DNA of 64,000 bases from Pavona decussata (lineage: Eukaryota): positions 2,666,001-2,730,000 of the forward strand of contig CDRNST010000148.1 in NCBI GenBank assembly GCA_977016875.1, in the 5' to 3' direction. Position 1 is the first letter of the stretch. Each line of letters opens with the position of its first letter. Below the pieces are notes generated by a model that saw nothing but the letters and a program-made list of their open reading frames with translations, was not told the DNA's origin and did no database searches. This document shows, piece by piece, positions 1-11,027 of the stretch. The position numbers and the translations under genes were made by a program.

Positions 1-235
1 TTCAGGCTAATGGGACAACACACAAAGCCATTCAACATTTGAATTACATGTACAAATGTACATGTATGCTTGCCCTCATGATGCAAAATTCTGGTTAGCT
101 TTTACTTACAGCTCTGTCAATAATCTGTCAACAACATGCAAGATGCTGGCAACACCCTTGACAAAACATAGCTAAATAGCTTAAGATTACATATCCCCTT
201 CTTGTTATCTATGTGGGTAAAATACAATTATCATT

Positions 236-1363
236 ATTCATTACAAATTATTAATAGCACTTCTTCAAGAAGGTATGAAAAATTCCTAAGGGTTATGGGC
301 CTCCTCGATTGGAAAAGAAAATCATGTGTTTATCCCAGTGATGTGGCAAAATTCAAAGTTGCTTGAAAGAAACTTTTCACTAGCGAGACTCAAGACTTTC
401 AAAGCAGTTAATGCGCTTGCAATCAGATACACAATAATGGATTTTTTTTTGGAACTACACAATAAATTATTTATTGTGTAGTTCCAAAAAAAAAATCCAT
501 ACCTCCCACATGGAAGAAATTTTGTCCAAAGAATCCCCCCCACACACTTCTGGAAATTCTACAGTTTAAAACTTCATACTTTCCTTTAAATTTTTGGCCT
601 TTGAGGACCCCTTCCCTCACCTAAAATTTCCAATCTCTTCTGTGGGAAGATGACGATTTTCTCTGCAGTTAGACCGCTAGTATATGCATGGTATATTCAC
701 ATGTCTTTCAGGGACAGTCTAGCATTTAGGCTAAATAACACAAACAGACATGCAGCCACTTAAGTTTGGACGTCCTAGCTATCAGTGCCAAAGTATTTAA
801 TTAAAGAGATCGCCAAGCTTACTTTGCCAGCTCTTGCTCTGGATTTCTCCATAATTTGGCAGCTAATTCATCACTGGTTGTTCCAGTCCGTTTCATGTAA
901 GACTTTACAGAAATTATTGAAAATAAATACATGTCTTATAAAAATGAGTGAATTTATGTGCCAACTCATTTTAATTTCTCTGCACCCACAACAGATGGAA
1001 ATTCAACTACTGACTCAACCGAAAAATGTTTCAAGTGAAGATAATGTTTGAGAATTCCACAAAAATCGAAAAAGGGCTTCCTAACCTAGTTATGGGCTGT
1101 AATATTACACACTCACCCGAGATGAAAGAAAGCATTAAGGGGCCAGTTATTTGCTGTCAAAACCACAACATGGTGGATAAATTTTCAAGACAACGCAACA
1201 GGTCTCCTTAATTGGTACAAATTAGGTATTTTCCAGGAGATTTTCTGTTTTCTGAAATTCCACAAATGAACAGGGCATGCAGAAACAGTGCCAAAACCAT
1301 GATCAATTGCAGCCAAGTCTTTTTTCGCAAGCTTTCCGGCCATTAAATTTTCTTAAGGAGTTT
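236..1363 (-). pseudogene. Possible decayed downstream exons of the orphan gene (1363-823; 415-~236) with in-frame stops
   Basis: The acceptor atggcag|AA (phase 1) and donor GCAAA|gtaagc (phase 2) bound 541 nt that keep frame but hold 7 stops. The next acceptor ttgcaag|C is phase-compatible. Segments look protein-like (KPFFDFCGILKHYLHLK, KSYMKRTGTTSDELAAKLWRNPEQELA), but stop density is not far below random. Confidence 0.35.
440..672. mobile_element. Degenerate MITE(s) related to the 2614-2803 family
   Basis: tgtgtagttccaaaaaaaaatccatacctcccacatggaag at ~476 resembles the TIR at 2614; a facing inverted TIR lies at 440-462. Confidence 0.5.
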
Positions 1364-1669
1364 CTGCCATTAATTAAGCATTGCTTTGTACATGTACTAA
1401 CTAATGATAATTAAGCAGTCGTGTCTCATAATTTCACCATCAACTTTATATTCTTGTTAGTTTATTGATGACAAGAGTAAATTAACTCAAGTTGAGAGAG
1501 GAGAAGCATGCACTTATTGGCTTGAAGGACGATATGAAATTGACACTTAAAAATCAGTCCCACTGGCTTTGTCTGTAGGCTCTTATTTTTCTTTTCCCCA
1601 GCAATTTGTGTCTCCTTGTTCAGTTGATGGTAATTTTTGTGCTTGTTTGTTTCGCTTGCTTTAGTATCC

Positions 1670-2049
1670 TATACCTGCCGACATTTTCAGAGTCAAATGC
1701 GTGAGATTTTGTCTCGTCATGACCGGTATTTCCGAAAACATCTGAGCCACTTCCGAAGATTACCGAAGCCTTTCCGAAGACTTTCGAACGTTGCCGAAAG
1801 TGTCTGAAGATATTCCAAACACTTACGATTTGAACGGATTGTAGACATTTGAAAGCTTTTGCAATTGTTATCAACAGAAAAGAAGTGATACATAACAAAT
1901 CTGAAATGAAATGACGTTTTTATCAGAACAACTCATCTGGATTTGTGAGTCAGACATGAGAAATTGTCCTCGATGAGTGAGATATTGGATGTATTTAGTC
2001 TGCAACCGTGATGAGACTCACGCATAATGCATGAGAGTTGGCACGTATA
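1670..2049. mobile_element. Non-autonomous TIR element with internal ccgaa repeats
   Basis: Imperfect TIR tatacctgccgac ... gttggcacgtata; internal short repeats ccgaag/ccgaaa. Confidence 0.5.
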
Positions 2050-2613
2050 GAATCTCTAAAGAAGCCATTTAAACGGTATAACTTTGTTACATGAGACAAG
2101 CTTAACGACAGGCCTACGACATAAATTGTTTTGTGTAAATCAAACCTACAACTAGCTTACAACTGTCGTGTACGTCACAAAAAATGTCGTAGGATTTTAA
2201 TTCATGTTTGAAATCCTACGACAATCATAGGTATAGGCAATGTTGAGTGACGAGAGTTGTGTGCAAATTTCTGCATGATGCGAGCAGCGCGCACTTCAGA
2301 AATCACATGTGACAGTCGTAACCAAAAGTTGTACCGTCTAAATCGACCTTACGCAAACAACGGACTACTCATAACCTCTATTAAACATCACGAAACAATT
2401 TAATTATATTTTATCTTCCATGATCATTTTCTTTATTCTCATGACTTTTATGGTTGATTTAGTAGTGAGATATTAAGTAAGGAGAAATGATGTGCTGGTT
2501 ACCACTGGGATTTAATGCATCAGTGGAAATTAACAATGGTAATTGAACTGAGTGGAGTGCAATTTGGTCACAAGTATGATTTCAGACCAAAATTGCACGA
2601 CACAAAGTTCAAT

Positions 2614-2803
2614 TGTGCAGTTCCAGAAAATATCCATACTCCCCCCATGGAAGGTTTTTGGTTTTGCACCCCCTGTCCCCCCCAGGAAATTCCAGTTTAG
2701 CTTCATACTTTGCTTCTAAAATTTTGACTTTTAAGACCCCGGTCCCCCTAGGAATTTCCGATGACCTTCCATGGGGTGAGTATGGATTATTTCTGGAACT
2801 GCA
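2614..2803. mobile_element. MITE nested inside another repeat (~2535-3010)
   Basis: TIR tgtgcagttccagaaaatatccatactccccccatggaagg / ccttccatggggtgagtatggattatttctggaactgcaca; it interrupts a host palindrome (tggtaattgaact...agttcaat|tacca). Confidence 0.8.
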
Positions 2804-3257
2804 CATTACCACTTTATTACACCTATTTTGAAATCACAGAGTATCATTGTCAAATTAATATTCTATTTTTGTTACTTCATTTCCATTTTGATGGGCTGAA
2901 GAAAGGATGCAATTTGGAGCAAAAAATGGTGCAATTTGGGAATAAATCGCACTGTTGAGAGCCAATCAGATTGTAAGGATCACCAGTGATTTCAAAACAG
3001 GTGTAATAAAAAGGAGTATATAAACATATCATATTTGTGACAACACTGAAGTAACTAATAATAAGAGGTATACTGATGTAAAGAAAATGTGAGTTATGTT
3101 TTATAGCCTGGTGAATAGAAATTATAATGATAGATGAGTTTTTCAGTCAGTGACACAGGCATTATTTTTACTCAGAAAAAGAGTATTATTACTTTAATTT
3201 TAGTTAAATTACTTAATTACTTTAATTTTAGTTAATTAAAATTTATTACTATCTCAC

Positions 3258-6200
3258 CTTCTGGAAGACCAGCAACAACAACAGCTCGAGCAAAATGGGC
3301 CACAATCCTCTTAATGGCCTCTGGTAGAAGTGGCAGACAGCTTCCAACTGGTCCACAAATATCTTTTATTGCTAAAACAACTGCAATGTTATCTTTGCGA
3401 CCACATTTTGAAATCTTGGAAAACAAACACCCATTCAAGTTGACTGCTCTTACTGGGTAATCTTCTAGTGGCACTTCATTCTGTGCCAAAGCTGCTCCAA
3501 AGGGGTTGCGCTGTAACTTGTGTGCATTGTTAGAAGTGGAATACACAACGGTAAGGTCTGTACCTCTCTCAAACCTTGGATTTATGTTCATCTTACCTTC
3601 GGTTTGTGAGACCAGTTTGCTCACTTTGCAATCTGTTTGGATGGCTTCTTCCCACAATGCATACGCTTCAGGAAATTCTGCTTTACTGAATCGGCCTTGA
3701 GCCTGAGAGAAGTCTAGTTTATCCTTCTCTTTCCTACTCTTCACATCATGATAAGGCCCTCTAAATTTCATCTTTCTGGCACAGGTGACAGGATAAAGGC
3801 TGCCTACTTTGCAATGTGGATCCCGCGGATGAAGGCACAATCCAGGCAAAAACACAACAGTATAATGATCCAGGTAATGTGCACCAATGGCTCGGAACAA
3901 GGCAGAAACTTGTCGGTTTTGATTCCCTGGAAATATATTAAGTTGGAAACAGAAAATGGTATCCATATATTTCACTGATGGTGTACCAAGTGTACTGGCA
4001 AAACCTTGGCCTATATGGGTTGAATATTCATAATATTTGTTAACTAAAACACTTGAAGTGAGTAACAAAATTAAATGTAAATATTATGTATGAAGCACAA
4101 AAAGTATAACTTTCACAGATTTGTTTTGTTTGTGATTTTGGATAAAACTTAGACGAGGCAAGTGCCTTTTCTTGCCTCATGCTAGCTACAGCGCTTGGTT
4201 GGTTATGCCACATGGGGCCCACACAACTATGTGACCATTTGTATTTTGAATTTATAGAGGCAATGTATGGGAATAACGAAAATCCTCGTATTATCGTACT
4301 AGATTGCGATAGATATTCTCACTTAACATAAAAAAAAACGTAGTTTTACCTTAAATGTTGTGTGTTGTCGTTCCTAAGGTTGAAGACGGCGATTTTAGCC
4401 ATTTGAAGGGTTCGGCGTTGAACGTTCACTCAAGCGTAATAGAAGAGTGAGAAGGGAGGAAAACTTGTTTTGAAAGGGTTCCAGCGCCGGAGCGATTTTT
4501 CCCCCAAAAAACGCATCGCTCCGATTTCAAACTTCACAGCATACAGGTCAAAAGATTTTCGATTCTTCTCGTACCTTCCAATCGAAAATCCATCCAAACG
4601 GCCCGGAACTAGTCCTCGAAGAAAATCAAAATCCCACAGTATTCGAGCGAGTAGAATGCGCAGCAAAATTCATACGTGCCAGCCCCAACCGTCCCGCTGA
4701 TTGCCCCTTTCTGATTGGACGAAGTTAGACAATGGCACGTAAGAATTTTGCTACGCATTCTACTCGCTCGAATACTGTGGGATTTTGATTTTCTTCGAGG
4801 ACTAGCTCCGGGCCGTTTGGATGGATTTTCGATTGGAAGGTACGAGAAGAATCGAAAATCTTTTGACCTTTATGCTGTGAAGTTTGAAATCGGAGCGATG
4901 CGTTTTTTGGGGGAAAAATCGCTCCGGCGCTGGAACCCTTTCAAAACAAGTTTTCCTCCCTTCTCACTCTTCTATTATGCTCGAGTGAACGTTCAACGCC
5001 GAACCCTTCAAATGGCTAAAATCGCCGTCTTCAACCTTAGGAACGACAACACACAACATTTAAGGTAAAACTACGTTTATTTTGATGTTAAATGAGAATA
5101 TCTATCGCAATCTAGTACGATAATACGAGGATTTTCGATATTCCCATACATTGCCTCTATAAATTCAAAATACAAACGGTCACATAGTTTGTGTGGGCCC
5201 CCTGTGGTTATGCTCACACCAAAAATATGTCCAGAAGGTTTTCAGTCCATACCAGTGAAAGGGAAAAAACGATTTAAAGCAGGGGATTAGCCGAGCGCGA
5301 GGAGGACATTAAAGGGCTCATTATGGCTGAGAGAAAAATGCCTACCTTGAAAGAAAGAGATGCATACAGTCAAGTCTTTCTCTGTATTCTTGACTAAACC
5401 AATGCGTGGAGGGATAAGACATCTTCCCCGACCTTGCAGCTGTCTAGGTCTGCTAAAATATTCACCACTTTCTTCTTCCAACTTTTCAATAAGTTCATTA
5501 AATGTTTCCTCATCAGGGAGGAGGATACTGTAGTCAATTCCCTGGCGACCTTTCAAGTCTTTCAAGGAATGGAGAAAGTCCTTCTGGATCTCTTTGTTCT
5601 TGATAAATTTGTTCATAAACTCGTCAGGCAGAGTAACATTACCAAGAGCTCGCCAGTTTTGTCCAATATCCTCGAGGGTTGCTGGCATTTGCGTTATGAT
5701 GTACTTCTTGGGCAGGAGAATTAGAGGAGTGTCGTCTACATTTTTTAGCAACTTGTAAGGACGTTCCAGTTGCTCTGTGCCATAGTAGTCTCGGTACTTT
5801 TCCAAGATAATTTCTTTCAGACCATCAGAAACTTCACAAGAGGTGAAAGATTCCTGGATAATATCCAAAGTAGATATTTCCACAAATTCATTGAATTCAC
5901 TGTTCCTGGCTTCGTGGTGCTGAATTATTTCTCTCACTTTTCGATGGTTAAAATTAAGTAGATACGGAAGGATCCAAAACAACAAGAAATCAGAGATCTT
6001 GTTACACCAATTTTCGCCTCCTCGTTACCAGCGGAATCTCCTGCCTGTTTCTTTTTCTTCGTTTTCTTTTCAAAAATTAAAAGTATCGAAAAAAGCAAAA
6101 CGTATCTTGCCTTCAATGGAATCTGTAATCCACTCTTGTTTGGGGAAACCAAATCGCGATCCCCGGCGCCTTCTTCTGCGGGTTCAATAGCTTGGGTATC

Positions 6201-6653
6201 TTCTGGAGTCGGAAAATCAATTTTCATTGGTGTGCCCGCCTCGGCCTCACACTCACCAGACGAAGACTCTTCTTCGGTGGCGGTCACACGAGTAAAACGT
6301 GACATATCAAGGAAACTTTTCCACTTTTTAGCTTCTTCCTTTGTTAACGCCATCTTTCCTTTCTTGTTTGCAGATTTCTTGCCATAACCCATGTGCAGAT
6401 TGGTAACTTCCGGTACTTGAAGTAGAACCTCATCGTTCCGTTCTAAAATATCCTTGGTTACACGTCCCAATATTTTTTTGGCTCCATAATCCTTGTATCC
6501 ACCTTGTTTAAGTTCGTAGTCTTCCAAAAGCACCAGCGGCGATAGGAAGAGCAAATTCTCCTTTTGATTCGGGTCGCAACTGAAATGAGGCTCCAACTGG
6601 ATCTTTTCCAGTACCTTTTTCTCTACTCTTGTGATTTCTGACAATGTTGTCAT
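3258..6653 (-). CDS. Uncharacterised multi-exon protein, at least ~635 aa; exons 6653-6008, 5936-5346, 3926-3258; continues 3' beyond 3258
   Basis: Three long stop-free ORFs (5934..6752, 5287..5985, 3232..4068) join in phase 1 at GT-AG sites: ATTG|gtgtaa...cgaaaag|TG (71 nt intron), CAAG|gtagg...tttccag|GG, and a terminal GAAG|gtgag donor. No domain recognised. The start codon and first intron are less certain. Confidence 0.65.
4209..5206. mobile_element. ~1 kb foldback non-autonomous DNA transposon, P-superfamily-like by its 7-bp TSD
   Basis: Arms of ~470 bp (4209-4681 / 4733-5206) are near-perfect reverse complements. Termini CACA(T/G)GGGGCCC. Perfect direct repeat GTTATGC at 4202-4208 and 5207-5213. 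Confidence 0.9.
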
Positions 6654-6863
6654 ATCGCTTAAGACATTTAAGACCAAATGGACGTTCAAATGATAGACAC
6701 AGGAAAGTATTAAACAAGAAGCAAAGGTGAAAGCGATTACAATAGGAAGCACAAGCTCTTGTGATTCTCTCTGTGGCGTCTCCTCGTCCCCAGGGTCCTC
6801 GTGGAAAGTACTTCATGTGAAGCAATCATATAGTTGTCCATATAGTTCCTATGACTTACATTC

Positions 6864-6988
6864 GCTTACTTGAAGTACTTTCTATTACTTAAGATGCTTT
6901 GCTGACTTGAAAATGCTTTGCCTACTTGAGATGCTTAGCTTACTTGAGATGCTTTGCTTTACTTGTAATGCTTTGCTTACTTGAGATG
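6864..6988. repeat. Minisatellite, ~7 degenerate copies of an 18-19 bp unit (gctttgcttacttgagat)
   Basis: Directly visible tandem units upstream of the orphan gene. Confidence 0.8.
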
Positions 6989-7177
6989 TATAACACTCTA
7001 CCTTTCCCCATAAAAAAATCTTCAAATAGCAACTGACGAGAATCGTAAGATTCGAAACCGCGGTCCTGCTTGCAAACTCACATTGCTTGCTACAGCGTCG
7101 TAAAACCTACAGTTTGGAAACGTTACATTGACGATATATTTTTTTTCTCTGTGGGACACTGGTAAACACGATATACA

Positions 7178-7385
7178 ACGTGCCCAACCTCAAACATGTT
7201 TTAATGGTAAGTGGCACTTAATACAAAACCAGCCTTTCCTACGAGAAATCTTCAAAGAGCCACCACTAATTTCCTTTAAAAAAGGAAAATCTCTAAATGA
7301 CATGCTTGTCAGAGCAAAAATATAAAGAGGTTACACATCAAAAATGTTTCATTTGTTAGAAGTCGTGCAGGCCTGTCACCCCTTG
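7178..7385 (+). mobile_element. 3' remnant of a Penelope-like retroelement ORF
   Basis: Frameshifted VPNLKHVL/KWHLIQNQPFLREIFKEPPLISFKKGKSLNDMLVRAKI* matches, from recall, the post-RT helical region of Penelope-like elements. Confidence 0.7.
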
Positions 7386-9667
7386 CTATCTCCTACTGTG
7401 ATATTCAAAATGGCGGTACAGACACGCCCACAAAAATTTCTACTGAATAACTTTCTCCCAAACGTTTCTATATTTGGAGTTGCATGCTAAATGTTGCATG
7501 CATGCAAAAAACAAGATCGGTCGCTGGGTATAAATATTTCGAGATGAAAACAAATGTTTCTTGCAGCTTTTATTTCCGGTTCGCGCGATTCTACGCTGCA
7601 TTTCCACTTCCGGTTTTGTGAGCGCGCGACTTTTTATTGACATTTTGCTTCATGCAGCTGACGCTAGCCTGCGTCATCTACTGAGATTAAAATCTACTGG
7701 GATTAAAACCTTCTAAACTTTTACTCAGAGTATTGCAATGTCTCATGTAAGTGTAGTACTTCACAACAGCTATCAAAGAATGTGCTGATGTGTTACGAAA
7801 GTACTCATGTGTCTGACTGCGGTATATCCTTTCACTGTATATAATGTACAAACAAGAGAACTACACAGCAGTTGTTATCAATAGACTGTGGCATGACTGT
7901 CGTCCTGAACGCACAACAAGGCAGTTTCACAACAATGATGTTGCTTCAGTGTAGGCTGACTGGACTCCTCGAGACTCGATGTGTCACAAAGATATTGAGA
8001 GATATGGAGTGGCTCTCTGTCACAAAGATATTGAGTCTCTATCACTAAAGTAAACAAGGATGAATTAGTTTATGTGTTTGATGCTGACAGGCCATGCTCA
8101 TGGAGTCTTATTCGCAGATGTGGCTGCCATGGGCGACAGCAGCTTGGATACTTTACATCAGACCGCTATTGCTATTGTTATTAACTATACCTAGTGATTC
8201 TCGGTTCTTGGTTTTACGTATGTAACCTAACGCGCATATAGAAATTTTGCTTAAGTTTTTGCTCATATTTGTGATTGATATTGACCATTATTATTTTCTT
8301 CGTAAGATTTCGTTCTTATTCTGTGCTACTTTTATTGGTCTAAATTGGGGAGGTGCCTTGCACGGGACTCCAGGTTCCGTTTGCACCTTACCGTTTGGTC
8401 TCCTTTCATGTTCTACCCGCGGCTATGTTCCTAAGACCAATAAAGCTGTTTTAAAAACTTTAATTAAATAAAGGTGTGCCTTTCGGTCAAGGCCAAAAAG
8501 GCTAACAAAAAACATATAGCAAAGACGTTTGTCAGCCTTATAAAAAAGGCTTTGCTTTTATTATCTATGCTTTCATTGCGAACTGAATTTTGCTGCAGTA
8601 TATACAAGTTTGGAATACTACAGGTTTACCCTCGCGCACTGGTCCCTTCGAAAAACAGGTACCAGGAAACAGCGAAAATACCAGGTCATGTTTATATCTA
8701 GCAAAGATTAACTTCACATTGGAAATTTCTTTTAATTTGAAAGGGTAAAGTATTAACGAGTGTCCTACTGATTGCCGGCCGTTTAGAACCCTTTTCATAA
8801 AGAAAAGCCATAAAGTGACAAATTTTTCAACGTTGTTAACACTTCTCCTTCTGTCAGCCAAGTTGGCTGGTGCCTGATAGCATGTATTTGTACCTCGGAA
8901 ACAGAGAAACAACGAGGAGTGGAGCTAAGCGAGAACACGATCACACAATTTTGGGACAAGATCAGTCAGGAAGAACTATACATACAAAGGACTGTTATAG
9001 AGTCATTTGAAGGCTACCACTTTTCGCAAAGAAACTGCCATACATGTTTTTATGCAAATCGGAAAATTTTTTAACTATAAGCGGTTTAGATCTGGGCTCA
9101 GTTACGAACTCACTGCAGCTAAGGCCTCGACGGAAAGGTCCTTGGATTGTATTAAGCTAATTACATCGGTTATCTGCAATGTGAAGTATACAAGTTCAAT
9201 TGTTCAAAGTTTTTTTTTCCGAACTCTAAAGCTCGACGTTAAAGCTCGGTAACTTAATAACTTCCTTCATTTACATTTCATATGCTGTGATCGCTATGCC
9301 TCCTGACTTCTGTAAGTTATTCGTCAAGTGTATTTTTATAAATTGACTAAGCATGCCCGGTGACCATTGCTCTACTCTTTTAATTAATAGGCCAGCTTGT
9401 AGTTGGGAGATGGATTAAATGAACTAACCTTCAAAATAGATCCGTTGCTCCAAAAAGGAAAAGCATTGGTATCTAATTAACATATATGGAAGGGAGTGTT
9501 CAGCTTGATATAATGACCTAATGAATCTATAACGAACTGCGAAATTGCTCAAGTTTCTGTTCTTCGTATTGATGCGCCAGTTCGTTGTCATATGTTCATT
9601 TCGCTCGCAGGCTCAAGGTATCAGTTTGTGGGAAACGACTAATTAATGCAAAAGAATGTGTGTGAGA

Positions 9668-9673
9668 AAGAGA

Positions 9674-9748
<75 letters not shown>
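9668..9748. repeat. (GA)n microsatellite, ~40 units
   Basis: Direct observation. Confidence 0.98.
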
Positions 9749-9751
<3 letters not shown>

Positions 9752-10080
9752 TTTTTGGTGTATCTATCTATCTCTGGTATTTTAGTTAATTTAATTTTGA
9801 TATCACTGTATTTTACATGATCAGACAGAACTGCATCTAACATCAGTACCTAGCTGAAGCAGTGAAACGCTTGTTGATTGCTTATTTACTGTGTAACTGG
9901 TTAAATGCCTTCGACTCGAAGCCATTCAGTTTGCCACTGCAAATTCAAAGGATCTATTTTAGCCTCAAAGTGCCAATCTAGTCCTGGTGATCTAATGGCT
10001 GATTCAACCCTTGTAGTGCACTCCAGACCTTAGTTGCATTTTAGACGCTGGACTGTTTAGCTTATTTTGGCCCTATGATT

Positions 10081-10350
10081 TAATTCAATTCAATTCAATT
10101 TTGTTTACACTTATTACAACGAAATACAATATATTTTACAGTAAGAAAAAAATTAAACGTACAGAGCAATTTACTTAATGATTTTACTTTCTACGGAAGT
10201 GCGTAGTGGCCAAAGGAGCAAGGCTTTCGTGTTGGCCACTACCTCTGTGCGGTTAAATAAAATAGGGGGAAGAAGAATTTATAATACTGGTTGAAGAGCT
10301 CTGCTAGTTAAATTAGGCTTGGGTTAGGAAAATACAACGCCTGCGTTAAC
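10081..10350 (-). mobile_element. 3' end of a CR1/L2-like LINE
   Basis: (TTGAA)n tail on the minus strand and a 3' stem-loop gtagtggccaa...ttggccactac. Confidence 0.45.
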
Positions 10351-11027
10351 TTTGTTAATGAGTCAGTGTGAAAAAAGTTGTAGCCTTTTATATTTACTAG
10401 TACTCAGTAGGAGAGTCAAATTAGGCCTCACAATTACACTCTATTTGACAGCATTGCATTATTCTAACGGCCCCAACTTTAGGGATAAGACAAATACTTA
10501 ATTGATTTACAGTCTTGATACGAAAAAATTAGAACGCTTTCAATCTCTAATTCTTTTGGAAAAGTATTATATTTGCGACAAGTGAACATTGCATAGAAGC
10601 AGTTCAACTGACATTGCTGCGTTGGGGGTGAATTTAAAGGTATACCGAGCCAGTTTTAAAGAGTGATCACATAAACATCTCATTTTTCATCCTTGTCTTT
10701 ACCATTACAATTAAATCACGCCGAAGCAAATGAGAGCTAGTATACATTTGTCAGAGCAGTCGGTTGTAAGACAAATACACGGCTATTTCAGGGTACTGGA
10801 CACAACCGAGTGAAAATATTTCCTCTTTTGTAGGTGATAACTTTGCTGGTAGGTACCAGTGTAGAGTTTTGTGAACGAACTAGTGAAGAAATGTCATTGA
10901 TACAGCATTGAGATGTTCTCACTGGTTAAAATGTGTTTGGTGCACCTGTTTCGTATTACCTGGCGTGTCAGCAGACAAGCTTCAGTTGTTATACGCTGAA
11001 AACGTAAGTGCTTATTTTATTCTAGGA

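Noticed and set aside
4430-5068. Mirror-image ORFs MLRILLARILWDF... on both strands
   Set aside because: By-product of the foldback arms. The arm's ATG-donor mini-exon is phase 2 and does not fit the phase-1 acceptor at 3926.
6864-6988. Possible CRISPR-like array
   Set aside because: Units abut with no unique spacers, there are no cas genes and the context is eukaryotic.
7700-8460. Possible old LINE 3' region
   Set aside because: Too degenerate to support by eye; only an 18-bp direct repeat and an aataaa-ended tail are visible.
9643-9843. Ser-Leu repeat ORF
   Set aside because: Translation of the (GA)n microsatellite.
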